Assembly: GCA_035504015.1 (NCBI GenBank)
Contig: DATJSR010000017.1
Span: 10,766 to 74,765, forward strand
Source of the DNA: Steroidobacteraceae bacterium
GTDB lineage: Bacteria; Pseudomonadota; Gammaproteobacteria; Steroidobacterales; Steroidobacteraceae
Length of the DNA: 64,000 nt
Reading direction: 5' to 3'
Position numbers and translations under genes: made by a program. The notes under the pieces were generated by a model. It searched no databases, was not told the DNA's origin, and saw only the letters and a list, made by a program, of their open reading frames with translations. Positions 36,850 through 50,592 of this stretch are shown piece after piece (the stretch's first letter is position 1; every line of letters begins with the position of its first letter).

Positions 36850-39800
36850 GGGTGCTCGCTCGTGAGCTGCAGCACCGCCGCGAGCGGAATGTGCGCCCAA
36901 TCGGGACGGTTGCGCAGCTCGTAGCGCAGCTCGTAGAGCGCCTTCTCGAGCTCGAACAGTTGCAGCAGGCCCCTCACCGCGTGCAGCCCCGGATAGAGCT
37001 CGCCCGCGGCAGCGGCATCGTAGGCCTCGAGAAAGGCGGCGCGGGTCTGCGCTTCCCAGTCGATCAGCAGGTGGCTCCAGCGCGCACAGTCCTCGTGCGT
37101 CTCGAGCGTGCAGCGTTGCAGCGCCGCGTGGCGTGCGTACACGAACGAGCGCAGCATGCCGGCCACATCGCGCAGCGGCGTCATCTTCTCGCGTCGTTCC
37201 TCGAGGGAGCGTGCCGGTTCGCCCTCGAAGTCGACGATCACGAAGTCGTTGCGCTGCAGGAGCACCTGTCCGAGATGGTAGTCGCCGTGCTGGCGAATCT
37301 TCAGGCCCTGGGCGGCGGCGGGCGCCACGGCGATGCGCGCGAGCAGCAGCGCGCGCCGCCCGAGCAGGACGCTCGCATCGGCGCGCACCGCCTCGGGCAG
37401 CTCGGCACGTGCCAGCACATCGAGTGTCGCCGCGGCCTCGCTCGCGACGCGCTCGCGCCAGCGGGCGAGGTCCTGCGTGCGGATCGGCTCGGCGGCGAAG
37501 GCCGGATCCTCGGTGCGCGTCGCGAGTGCGCGATGCAGCTCGCCGGTGCGCCGTCCAAGGGTGTGGACGAGCGCCAGATAAGCACCGTGCGCATCCGGGG
37601 GCAGCGGCGCCGCCGTTCGCCGCTCCTCGAGAAAGCGCACCAGATAATTGAGGGTATAGTCCCAGCCGTCGCCCTGGTTCTGCACAAAGCCCTGCAGCAG
37701 TGCCAATGTGGCGATCGAGCCATCACTCGCAAGGTATTCGACGGAGCCTGCGAGCGGCACGATGTTGGGGAAGCGCGCCACCTCGGTGAGAAAGCGCCCC
37801 ATCTCGAGCTCGGGATTGATGCCGCTCTGGATGCGCCGGTAGGCCTTGAGGAAGAGCCGCTCGCCGATGCGCAGCGCGGTATTGCTGCTTTGGGCGAGCG
37901 GCTGGCTGATCGCGAGCGCGCTGCCGGCCTCGCCGCGCAGCTCCGCATACGCGCGTGTCGCCGTAAAGCGCAGCCGCCCGCGCGCCAGCGCGCGCTCGCC
38001 GCCGGCGCCGATCTGCTCGATGAGCGCGCGGCAGAAATCCTCGTCCGCGAGGGCATCGGCGATTACGCCCATGCGTGCCTGCTGGCGCACGCGCGCGACG
38101 GTTGCGGCTTGCAGGCGCGCCCAGGCCGGCGCCTCGGGTTCCTGGAAGGCGAGCGCGAGGGGCACGAAATAGCGGGAGGTATCCCCCGCACTGTCCACGT
38201 CGAAGAGCGCCACCAGCCACTGGTGCTTGCCGCCGGGCCAGATGCAGTGATCGGCGAGGCGCGCGTGGGCGATCGGCACGCCCTTCGCCGCGTACCAGCG
38301 CTGGGCAGCGAGGTACTGCGGCAGGACGCGCTCCTCGAGCTGCGAGCGCAGCCGCGCGGCGAGCCCGCCGCGCCACAGCGCCACCTGCTCGGGAAAGAAG
38401 CTGTTGCAGCCATCGATGAGCACCAGCACCGGGGCGTCCTCGCGGGCGAGACGCTCCTCGTGCCAGGCCGGGGCCTGCGCCTCGCGGCTCAGGCGGAACC
38501 AGTAGAACGCATAGCTCGTCAGGGTGAGCAGATAGGGCAGCTCCCCGATCGGTGGAAAGGCGGTGCGGCCGACCAGCTCGATCGGCACCATGCCCTTGAA
38601 CTCACTGAGATCGAGCTCCACCGGCTGCGCGGAGCGCGCGAGGTTCACCACGCACAGCACGATGTCCTCGCCGTGCTCGCGCACGTAGGCGAGCACCTTG
38701 CGGTTGCCCGGCCGGATGAAGCGCATCGAGCCTCGGCCGAACGCCTGCGAGCTCTTGCGCACCTGCAGCATGCGCTTCATCCAGTTGAGGAGCGAGGATC
38801 GGTCGCGCGTCTGCGCCTCGACGTTGACCGCCTGAAATCCGTAGATCGGGTCCATGATGGGCGGCAGGTACAGCTGCTGCGGGTCGGCGCGCGAGAAGCC
38901 GGCGTTGCGATCGAGGCTCCACTGCATGGGGGTGCGCACGCCGTTGCGATCGCCCAGATAGATGTTGTCCCCCATGCCGATCTCATCGCCGTAGTAGATG
39001 ATGGGTGAGCCCGGCATCGACAGCAGCAGGCCATTCATGAGCTTGATGCGATCGGAGTCGTTCTCGAGCAGCGGTGCGAGGCGACGGCGGATGCCGAGAT
39101 TGAGCCGCGCGCGCGGGTCTACCGCGTACATGCGGTACATGTAGTCGCGCTCGGCATCGGTCACCATCTCGAGCGTGAGCTCATCGTGATTGCGCAGAAA
39201 GATGGCCCATTGGCAGCTCGGGGGGATGTCCGGCGTCTGGTCGATGATCTCGGTGATCGGGTAGCGGTCCTCCTGCGCGATGGCCATGTACATGCGCGGC
39301 ATCAGGGGGAAGTGATAGGCCATGTGGCATTCGTCGCCGTCGCCGAAATAGTCGCGCACGTCCTCGGGCCACTGATTCGCCTCGGCGAGCAGCATCCGAT
39401 CCGCGTAGCGCTCCTCGATCACGCGGCGGATGCGGCGGATGACCTCGTGAGTCTCGCGCAAGTTCTCGTTGCTCGTGCCCTCGCGCTCGACCAGGTAAGG
39501 AATGGCATCGAGGCGCAGCCCATCGACTCCCTGGTCGAGCCAGAATTTCATGACGCGCGTCACCGCCCGCTCCAGGTGCGGATTGTCGAAGTTCAGATCG
39601 GGCTGATGGCTGAAGAAGCGGTGCCAGTAGTAAGCCTTGGCGAGCGGATCCCAGCTCCAGTTCGATGTCTCGGCGTCGCCGAAGATGATGCGCGTGCCGG
39701 CGTAGCGCTCGGGGGTATCGCTCCAGACGTAGTAGTTGCGCTTGCGCGAGCCGGCCGGTGCGCGCCGCGCCGCCTGGAACCAGGGATGCTGGTCCGAGGT

Positions 39801-40178
39801 GTGATTGATCACCAGCTCCGTGACGATACGCAGTCCGCGGCGGTGAGCCTCCTGGATGAAGGCGCGGAAATCGGCGCGCGTGCCGTATTGCGGATGCACT
39901 TCGTGGTAGTTGGAGACGTCGTAGCCGTCGTCCTTGCCCGGGGAGGGATAAAAGGGCAGCAGCCAGAGGGTGTTGACGCCCAGGTCCTGGATGTAGTCGA
40001 GCTTGTGCGTGAGACCGGGGAAGTCGCCGATGCCATCGTCGTTGCTGTCGAAGAAGGCGCGGACGTGGCACTCGTAGATGACCGCGTCTTGGTACCACAG
40101 AACGTCGCGCGCGGGCGCCGGTGAGGCAGGCGCCATGGGCGCCTCCGGGACGGGCGTTCGCTCGACTTGTGCGCTCAT
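36846..40178 (-). CDS. treS: Trehalose synthase fused to maltokinase (TreS-Pep2/Mak)
   Basis: Track ORF 36846..40178, 1110 aa. The N-terminal GH13 TreS part reads LWYQDAVIYECHVRAFFDSNDDGIGDFPGL...LWLLPFYPSPGKDDGYDVSNY...ELVINHTSDQHPWF. The C-terminal ~450 aa are maltokinase-like (...IRQHGDYHLGQVLL...DFEGEP). Confidence 0.9.
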   Translation of the reverse strand: MSAQVERTPVPEAPMAPASPAPARDVLWYQDAVIYECHVRAFFDSNDDGIGDFPGLTHKLDYIQDLGVNTLWLLPFYPSPGKDDGYDVSNYHEVHPQYGTRADFRAFIQEAHRRGLRIVTELVINHTSDQHPWFQAARRAPAGSRKRNYYVWSDTPERYAGTRIIFGDAETSNWSWDPLAKAYYWHRFFSHQPDLNFDNPHLERAVTRVMKFWLDQGVDGLRLDAIPYLVEREGTSNENLRETHEVIRRIRRVIEERYADRMLLAEANQWPEDVRDYFGDGDECHMAYHFPLMPRMYMAIAQEDRYPITEIIDQTPDIPPSCQWAIFLRNHDELTLEMVTDAERDYMYRMYAVDPRARLNLGIRRRLAPLLENDSDRIKLMNGLLLSMPGSPIIYYGDEIGMGDNIYLGDRNGVRTPMQWSLDRNAGFSRADPQQLYLPPIMDPIYGFQAVNVEAQTRDRSSLLNWMKRMLQVRKSSQAFGRGSMRFIRPGNRKVLAYVREHGEDIVLCVVNLARSAQPVELDLSEFKGMVPIELVGRTAFPPIGELPYLLTLTSYAFYWFRLSREAQAPAWHEERLAREDAPVLVLIDGCNSFFPEQVALWRGGLAARLRSQLEERVLPQYLAAQRWYAAKGVPIAHARLADHCIWPGGKHQWLVALFDVDSAGDTSRYFVPLALAFQEPEAPAWARLQAATVARVRQQARMGVIADALADEDFCRALIEQIGAGGERALARGRLRFTATRAYAELRGEAGSALAISQPLAQSSNTALRIGERLFLKAYRRIQSGINPELEMGRFLTEVARFPNIVPLAGSVEYLASDGSIATLALLQGFVQNQGDGWDYTLNYLVRFLEERRTAAPLPPDAHGAYLALVHTLGRRTGELHRALATRTEDPAFAAEPIRTQDLARWRERVASEAAATLDVLARAELPEAVRADASVLLGRRALLLARIAVAPAAAQGLKIRQHGDYHLGQVLLQRNDFVIVDFEGEPARSLEERREKMTPLRDVAGMLRSFVYARHAALQRCTLETHEDCARWSHLLIDWEAQTRAAFLEAYDAAAAGELYPGLHAVRGLLQLFELEKALYELRYELRNRPDWAHIPLAAVLQLTSEHP

Positions 40179-40185
40179 CTATTGG

Positions 40186-42222
<2,037 letters not shown>

Positions 42223-42233
42223 GGGCCCTCGCG

Positions 42234-44126
<1,893 letters not shown>

Positions 44127-44330
44127 GGGGTTCTTCACAAACGCCGCAGTTCGCAGGGGGTTCCGCTCCCGCATCCTACACGCTGGTCGACAGGATCTGC
44201 GCAGACGCGCCCGCCTGCCGCGGCCTCCGCGGGGGCAACGTTGCCTGTATCTTGGGGGTCTGCGGCGCCGCAGCGCCTGCGGCCTCCCGGACGCAGCTGC
44301 GGCTTCCCCTTGCCGCGCGCGGCGCGCGGC

Positions 44331-45425
44331 ATGAACGCCGCGTCGCACGCGAGGGGTCGCGCGCCGATCGTGATCGGTCACCGCGGCGCGAGCGGCTACG
44401 TCCCCGAGCACACGCTTACCTCGTATTTCATCGCCGTTCAGCAGGGTGCCGACTACATCGAGCCCGATCTGGTCAGTACCCGCGACGGCGTGCTCGTGGC
44501 GCGCCACGAGAACGAGATCGGCGCTACCACCGATGTGGCCGAGCACGCGCAATTTCGCGCCCGGCGCACGCGCAAGCTCATCGACGGCACGGCGCTCGAG
44601 GGCTGGTTCACGGAGGATTTCACGCTGGCGGAGCTCAAGACGCTGCGCGCGCGCGAGCGCATTCCGCAGGTTCGTCCCGCGAACACCCGCTACGACGGGC
44701 AGTTCGAGATCCCGACATTCGATGAAATCCTCTCACTCGTGCGGGCGCTGGAGAGCGAGCGTGAGCAGTCGGCGCGGGCGCGCCGGCTGCCGCCGCCGCA
44801 GCGGATCGGTGTCTATCCCGAGACCAAGCATCCGAGCTACTTTGCGCAGCAGGGCCTCGCGCTCGAGGGACCGCTGCTCGCGGCGCTCGAGCGCTACGGC
44901 TACACGGCACGCGACTCGCCGGTGTACCTGCAGTCCTTCGAGGTCGGCAACCTGCAGGCGTTGCGCCGACGTACCGAGCTGCCGCTCGTGCAGCTGATGC
45001 AGCAGGCCGGTGCTCCCTACGATTTGGTGCTCGCGGGGGATGCGCGTACCTACGGCGAGATGCTCTCGCCGAGCAGTCTCGAGGAGATTGCCGGCTACGC
45101 CGATGCGATCGGTGTCGAGAAGGTGCTCGTCATTCCACGCCGGGCGGATGCGCCGCTCGGGCTCGGCGCACCCACGGCGCTCGTGGCGGCGGCGCACGCC
45201 GTCGGGTTGCAGGTGCACGCCTGGACCTTTCGCGCCGAGAACGCCTTCGTGCCGCCGGCCCTGCAGATCGGCAGCGATCCCACGGCCTTCGGCAACGCGG
45301 CAGCGGAGCTCGAGGCGCACCTCGCGGCGGGCCTCGATGGCTTCTTCATCGATCAGCCGAGCCTCGGCGTCCGTGTGCGCGATGCGTGGCTGCGCGCGGC
45401 GCAGTGCCCGCCGGCGCGCTCCTAA
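44331..45425 (+). CDS. glpQ: Glycerophosphodiester phosphodiesterase (GlpQ-sized GDPD protein, no signal peptide seen)
   Basis: The start is ATG 44331 in track ORF 44241..45425. [52 protein letters not shown]...[19 protein letters not shown]. Confidence 0.8.
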   Translation: MNAASHARGRAPIVIGHRGASGYVPEHTLTSYFIAVQQGADYIEPDLVSTRDGVLVARHENEIGATTDVAEHAQFRARRTRKLIDGTALEGWFTEDFTLAELKTLRARERIPQVRPANTRYDGQFEIPTFDEILSLVRALESEREQSARARRLPPPQRIGVYPETKHPSYFAQQGLALEGPLLAALERYGYTARDSPVYLQSFEVGNLQALRRRTELPLVQLMQQAGAPYDLVLAGDARTYGEMLSPSSLEEIAGYADAIGVEKVLVIPRRADAPLGLGAPTALVAAAHAVGLQVHAWTFRAENAFVPPALQIGSDPTAFGNAAAELEAHLAAGLDGFFIDQPSLGVRVRDAWLRAAQCPPARS

Positions 45426-46114
45426 GGCTCGCGCCCTGCCGACTGCAGCAGCGCCACTGCGGCGCGCAGCTCGCGAACCTCGCGCTCCAGATGCTCGACC
45501 CGCGCGAGCAGCTGCGCGGGCGCCGGCGCCGCCGCGGCGCTGCCGGGGCTTGCCGGCGCCGTGCTGGGCTCGGCTGCGTCCTCCGGCGGGGCCTCTGCGG
45601 GGGCGGGGCCGCTGAAGAGGTGCATGTAGCGCGACTCGCGCCGCCCCGGCTCGCGCGCCAGGCGCGCAACAAAGGGTCCGTCGGCGCGCGTTGCGAGCTG
45701 CTGCAGTGTCTGCTCGATCTCGGTTGCATCCGCAAACGCCGCCATCCGTGCGGCGCGCGCCCGCAGCTCCCCGGGTGTTTGCGCACCGCGAAGCAGCAGC
45801 TCACAGACCACGGCGAGCTCCTGAGCCGAGAAGCGCAGTGGCCCGTACTCGGTGTTGCAGAGCCGGTGCTGGTACTTGGGAACCCGGCTGCCGAAGCCGG
45901 CCCGCTCGATCACCAGATGCTTGCGCTGCAGCTGATCGAGCGTCGCCTGCACGAGCGATTCCTCGAGATGCAGCACCGGGTCGCGATTGCTCTTCTGATT
46001 GCAGCCGTTGGTGAGTGCGTTGAGCGAGAGCGGGTACTGATCCGGCGTCGTGATCTGCTTCTCGATCAGGCAGCCGATGACGCGCGCCTCGAGCGCCGAG
46101 AGATCGATGTCCAT
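45422..46114 (-). CDS. yceH: YceH-family (DUF480) protein
   Basis: Track ORF 45422..46114. [44 protein letters not shown]...[15 protein letters not shown]. Confidence 0.8.
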   Translation of the reverse strand: MDIDLSALEARVIGCLIEKQITTPDQYPLSLNALTNGCNQKSNRDPVLHLEESLVQATLDQLQRKHLVIERAGFGSRVPKYQHRLCNTEYGPLRFSAQELAVVCELLLRGAQTPGELRARAARMAAFADATEIEQTLQQLATRADGPFVARLAREPGRRESRYMHLFSGPAPAEAPPEDAAEPSTAPASPGSAAAAPAPAQLLARVEHLEREVRELRAAVALLQSAGREP

Positions 46115-46189
46115 GCACCGGCGAGTGTAGCCGAGACGCGGGGACCGTGCGCGCCGCCGTCGGCGACGCGCGGCGCGCCTGACACCGGC

Positions 46190-48760
46190 TCAACGCGGCG
46201 CATGCCGCCGCGGCGTCACGAAGATGAGCGAGCCCTGCTGCGGATCGCGCGTCGCCGCCGCAGCCTTCGCATCGAGGAGCTGTCGTGCGCGCGCGGCCGC
46301 GGCGATCGCCTCCTGATGCGCGGCGTCCATCTCCACCGGATGCGCGAGCAGAAAGCCCTGTACCGTGATCGGGCCGCATTGTGCGAGCAGCTCGAGCTGC
46401 CCGGGGCGCTCGACGCCCTCGGCGACGACCTCCAGGCCGAGCCCGTGGCAGAGCGCGATGATCGAGCGGGCGATCGCCGCCGAGCGGGCACTCGTGTCGA
46501 TGCCTGCGATGAGGGTGCGATCGAGCTTCACGCGCGTGATCGGCAGCTGCTCGAGTGAGGTGAGCGAGGAGTAGCCGATGCCGAAGTCATCGAGCGCAAT
46601 GTCCACGCCCAGATCGCGCAGCCGACGCAACGCCTCGATCGTCGCAGGCCCGGTCTGCATCACCGTCTCGGTGAGCTCGAGCTCGAGCGCGCTCGCCGGC
46701 AGCCCCGTGATGCGCAGCGCCGTGGACACGTGCTCGACGAAGTCGCTCTCGAAGAACTGCGGCGCCGAGACGTTGATCGAGACGCTCGCCCGATGCCAGC
46801 CGAGCGTGCGCCACGCGGTGACGGTCGAGGTCGCCGAGCGCAGCACCCACGCCGTCAGATCGCGCATGAGGCCGGTCTTCTCGGCCACCTGAATGAATTC
46901 GGAGGCGGCCGCGATGCGGCCGTCGGGCTTGCGCCAACGCAGCAGTGCCTCGACGCCGACCGGCTCGAGCGTATGCAGCGCCACCTGCGGCTGGTAGACC
47001 AGCACCAGATCGTTGGTCTCGACCGCGCGCCGCAGCGCCTGCTCCATACGGAACTGATGCGCCGCGGTGTCATAGAGCTCGGGACTGTAGAGCGCGAAGC
47101 GGTTGCGGCCGAGATCTTTGGCGCGAAACAGCGCCACGTCGGCCGCGCGCAGCAGCGCATCCGGATCACGTGCGTGGTCCGGAAACAGACTCGCGCCCAC
47201 GCTGGCGCTGGTGGAGAGCACGCGGCCGTCGACGGCGAGGGGTTGCTGCAGCGCTTCGACGAGGGCGCTCGCGCGCCCGGCCACGCCGTCCGCCGACTGC
47301 GCATCCTCGAGCAGCACGGTGAACTCATCGCCGCCGAGACGCGCGATGAACGCCTGCGGACCGGCAGCCTCGCGCAACCGCTCGCCGATCGCCTGCAGCA
47401 CGCGGTCGCCGAAGGTATGTCCGAGTGTGTCGTTGATCGATTTGAAGTTATCGAGATCGACGAACAGCAGCGCAAAGCGCTGGCCCTTGGACCCTGCGCG
47501 GGCGAGCGCGGCCGTGAGTCGCGCGGCGAGGTGGCGGCGATTGGGCAGCTGCGTGAGCGGATCGTGATGTGCCAGGTGATGCAGCTGCTTGGTGCGATCG
47601 GCGACCCGCCGCTCGAGCTCGCTCTGCTGCGTGCGCAGCTCGCGCTCGACCGCCGCGATCTGGTCGGCCATGGTGTTGAAGCTGCCGGCCAGCTCATCGA
47701 TCTGCGCCAGTCCGCCGCGTGCGGCGCGCGCATCGCGGTGCCCGGCCGCGAGCCGGCGCGTCGCCACCATCAGCCTGCGCACCGGCAGGCTGATGCTGAG
47801 CGCGAGCAGCGCGCTCACGAGCAGCACCACGCCGAGCACGGCCACGCCGGTCACATCGAGCGTGTGCTCCGCATCCGCGGCCGCCGCGGCGGCGCGCTGC
47901 GCGGCACCTGCCAGGGCCGCGCGCGCGGGCTCCTGCAGCTCGCGCTGGGCGGCGGCCATGAGCGTCGCGCCGTCCTCGAAGAACTCGCGCCGCGCCGCCG
48001 CGCTCGTCGTATCGAAGCGCTCCATGTAGGCACGCAGGCGGCCGGCCTCCTGAAAATCCTCCCGCACCAGCTCGAGCCACGCACGTCCGGGCGAGTGCGA
48101 GAGCTCCGCTTCGTTCGCCGTGAGCAGCGTCAGGAAGCTCCTCTCGGCACGGGCGGTCTGCTCGCCGATGTCCTCCTCGGCTCGCAAGGTATTGATGGCG
48201 GCGGCGAGCTCGGCGAGCGAGCGGCGGGCGACCACCTGATTGTCCCCGATCAGCAGGCCCGCGCCGCCGGCGGAGTTGATGCGACGGCTCACGGCCTCGA
48301 GGAGCGCGTGGCGGTGCCGCGCCCACTCGTTGCGTTGCGTGGAGCGCGTCGCGAGCTCGCGCCCGCGCAGCACGTGCTGTGCGAGGCGCTCGGCGAGACT
48401 GCCCTGCTCCTGGTGTCCCGCCCCGGCGGTGTTGAGATAGACGCTCACGGCCCGATCGAGCTGGGTCGCCGCGGCCGGCAGGGCCCCGTAATCGGCCGGC
48501 AGCTCGCCTTTCAGATACTCCGTGACGGCGCGGTCGTAGGCATTGAGCTTGGTAATGATCGTGCCCGCGGCTCGCACCAGGGGCTCGTAATCGGCCTGCA
48601 TGCTGCGCACGGCGGCGACTGCATTGCGCGTGGTGCGGCTCGCCAGCAGCTGCCCGGCGACGACCACCGAGCCGACCGCCGCGAGTGACAGCACCAGATG
48701 GGTGCCGATGCCGGGGCGCAGTCGCCGGCGCGTGTCGGGGGCAGGTGTGGAGGCGTTCAC
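46190..48760 (-). CDS. Membrane sensor with large helical periplasmic domain, HAMP, GGDEF and EAL domains
   Basis: Track ORF 46190..48865. I prefer the GTG 48760 start because third-position GC is poor between 48761 and 48865. It has two TM segments, a HAMP domain (DELAGSFNTMADQI), RLGGDEFTVLL, EALLRW, DDFGIGYSSL, AEGVER and QGF. Confidence 0.85.
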   Translation of the reverse strand: MNASTPAPDTRRRLRPGIGTHLVLSLAAVGSVVVAGQLLASRTTRNAVAAVRSMQADYEPLVRAAGTIITKLNAYDRAVTEYLKGELPADYGALPAAATQLDRAVSVYLNTAGAGHQEQGSLAERLAQHVLRGRELATRSTQRNEWARHRHALLEAVSRRINSAGGAGLLIGDNQVVARRSLAELAAAINTLRAEEDIGEQTARAERSFLTLLTANEAELSHSPGRAWLELVREDFQEAGRLRAYMERFDTTSAAARREFFEDGATLMAAAQRELQEPARAALAGAAQRAAAAAADAEHTLDVTGVAVLGVVLLVSALLALSISLPVRRLMVATRRLAAGHRDARAARGGLAQIDELAGSFNTMADQIAAVERELRTQQSELERRVADRTKQLHHLAHHDPLTQLPNRRHLAARLTAALARAGSKGQRFALLFVDLDNFKSINDTLGHTFGDRVLQAIGERLREAAGPQAFIARLGGDEFTVLLEDAQSADGVAGRASALVEALQQPLAVDGRVLSTSASVGASLFPDHARDPDALLRAADVALFRAKDLGRNRFALYSPELYDTAAHQFRMEQALRRAVETNDLVLVYQPQVALHTLEPVGVEALLRWRKPDGRIAAASEFIQVAEKTGLMRDLTAWVLRSATSTVTAWRTLGWHRASVSINVSAPQFFESDFVEHVSTALRITGLPASALELELTETVMQTGPATIEALRRLRDLGVDIALDDFGIGYSSLTSLEQLPITRVKLDRTLIAGIDTSARSAAIARSIIALCHGLGLEVVAEGVERPGQLELLAQCGPITVQGFLLAHPVEMDAAHQEAIAAAARARQLLDAKAAAATRDPQQGSLIFVTPRRHAPR

Positions 48761-48972
48761 GGCGAGGCCTTCAGGACCCTTGAGCGGGCGGATCCCGCCG
48801 CATGCGACATAAGCTCCACGAGCGCATCGACGGATCGTCCCTGGCGGGGGAATGATGCCCCCCATGGGCGTGGCAGAACCGTGGACGGTGTCCCAAAAGC
48901 CTGGAGCGCAGGCTTGTCCTACCGGTGTCTGACCGGCGGGGAAGGCTTACCCGCCCGCCCAGCGGCGCGCGG

Positions 48973-49064
48973 CGGGAGGCCGCGGCTTACGCACGGGCGG
49001 CTCGCAAGGCCGGTGGGGAGTCGCACCGGCGAGCACCCGGCCGCCTCCCGTCGGGTAAGGAGGG
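48973..49064 (+). promoter_or_regulatory. Candidate translational switch: SD look-alike CGGGAGGC (48973-48980), anti-SD GCCTCCCG (49043-49050), SD AAGGAGGG (49057-49064)
   Basis: Read directly from the sequence. The middle element is exactly complementary to the first over 8 nt. Its CCUCC is also complementary to the GGAGG of the SD 10 nt downstream. A 7-bp hairpin GCCGGTG/CACCGGC (49009-49030) sits between them. Confidence 0.3.
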
Positions 49065-49093
49065 TGCATGCGAAAGTGCTTTATACTGACTGG

Positions 49094-49393
49094 ATGACAG
49101 AGCTCGCTGATACCTTCGACTCGGCTTTCGCGAAGGCCGTGGATCTCGGTAATCGGCTCGCAGACAAGGACAAGGACGCCGATCTTTGGGACATCGCGGA
49201 CGGACTCCTCGCTGGCGCGCTGCAATACTGGCTGTACTCGCGTCAACCGTGCGGTGACCCGCGCTGTCAGGACTGCATGCCGATCAGCACCGCGGAGGGT
49301 CGGATGGCCGAGCTCAAGCGACTCGTCGAGCAGCTGGCCTCCGAGAGCGAGTATTTCCATACGCCCACCGACGCCAACGCCGGCCGTGCCTGA
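49094..49393 (+). CDS. Small helical hypothetical protein (possibly DUF3144-like)
   Basis: This is the tail of track ORF 48698..49393. MTELADTFDSAFAKAVDLGNRLADKDKDADLWDIADGLLAGALQYWLYSRQP... The start is ATG 49094 or in-frame GTG 49076, which lies 12 nt after AAGGAGG. Confidence 0.5.
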   Translation: MTELADTFDSAFAKAVDLGNRLADKDKDADLWDIADGLLAGALQYWLYSRQPCGDPRCQDCMPISTAEGRMAELKRLVEQLASESEYFHTPTDANAGRA

Positions 49394-49426
49394 GAGGAGC
49401 GCCGGCGCCGCGGCGGCCGCGTTCCG

Positions 49427-50497
49427 ATGACTGCGCCCTCCCCGAGCTCGCCCGGGCGCACGGATCACGCGCCCATCAGCACCGAAGTGGTGATCATCGG
49501 GGCAGGCCCCTGCGGGCTGTTTCAGGTGTTCGAGCTGGGGCTGCTGGGGATCGGTGCCCACGTCGTCGATTCGCTGGCGGTTCCCGGCGGGCAGTGCGCC
49601 GAGCTGTATCCGGACAAGCCGATCTACGACATCCCGGCGCTGCCGGTGTGCGGCGCCCAGGAGCTGGTGGAGCGGCTGCTGCAGCAGATCAAGCCCTTCA
49701 ATGCACAGCTGCATCTGGCGGAGGAGGTAAGCGCGCTCAGCGCCCGCCCGGACGGCCGCTTCGACTTGCTCACGAGCGCCGGAACGCGCTTCGATGCCGG
49801 CGCGGTGGTGATTGCCGCCGGTGTGGGATCCTTCCAGCCGCGCCGTCTGGGGCTGCCCGGCAGCGAGGTTTTCGAGGCGAGCACGATCCAGTACCGCGTG
49901 CGCAAGCCCCAGGAGCTCGCCGGCAAGCGCCTGGTGATCTTCGGGGGTGGCGACTCGGCGCTCGACTGGACGCTCGAGCTCGCCCATACGGCGCGCGCGC
50001 TCACGCTCGTGCATCGGCGCGAGCAATTTCGGGCCGCACCGGCCTCCGTGGCGCGCATGCGCGAGCTCGAGGCCGCAGGTCGCCTGCGCTGCATCGTAGG
50101 CCTCCCCGAGGAGCTGATCCTCGCCGGCGACGCGCTCGCCGGTGTGCGCGTGCGAGCCGCCGACGGCACCCAGCAGGCACTCGAAGCGGATCGGCTGCTC
50201 GTGTTCTTCGGCCTGCACCCCAAGCTCGGGCCGATCGCCGAGTGGGGTCTGGAGCTCGAGCGCAAGGCGCTCAAGGTCGACACGGAGAGGTTCCAGACGA
50301 GCGTGCCGGGCATCTTCGCCGTTGGGGACGTGAATACGTATCCCGGCAAGAAGAAGCTGATCCTCTCGGGCTTTCACGAAGCGGCGCTCGCCGCATTTGC
50401 CATCCAGCACCACCTCTATCCGCAGAAAAAGCAGTTCTTGCAGTACACCACCACCAGTCCGGCCATGCACAAGCGACTGGGCGTGCCCGACACCTGA
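49427..50497 (+). CDS. Thioredoxin-reductase-type ferredoxin-NADP+ reductase
   Basis: Track ORF 49427..50497. [50 protein letters not shown] and [28 protein letters not shown] are present. Confidence 0.85.
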   Translation: MTAPSPSSPGRTDHAPISTEVVIIGAGPCGLFQVFELGLLGIGAHVVDSLAVPGGQCAELYPDKPIYDIPALPVCGAQELVERLLQQIKPFNAQLHLAEEVSALSARPDGRFDLLTSAGTRFDAGAVVIAAGVGSFQPRRLGLPGSEVFEASTIQYRVRKPQELAGKRLVIFGGGDSALDWTLELAHTARALTLVHRREQFRAAPASVARMRELEAAGRLRCIVGLPEELILAGDALAGVRVRAADGTQQALEADRLLVFFGLHPKLGPIAEWGLELERKALKVDTERFQTSVPGIFAVGDVNTYPGKKKLILSGFHEAALAAFAIQHHLYPQKKQFLQYTTTSPAMHKRLGVPDT

Positions 50498-50592
50498 GTG
50501 GCCCGCGCGCGGCTGCCGGCGGCGGCGCTGCTCAGGCACAATAGCGGGTAGCCACCACCCTGATGAGCGGAAAATTCCGCTTCGGCTAAGCG

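Noticed and set aside
48761-48865. ATG 48865 as the start of the HAMP-GGDEF-EAL sensor.
   Set aside because: About 13 of the 35 extra codons end in A or T, against roughly 10% in the body of the gene. GTG 48760, just before the first TM segment region, is preferred. This is not excluded.
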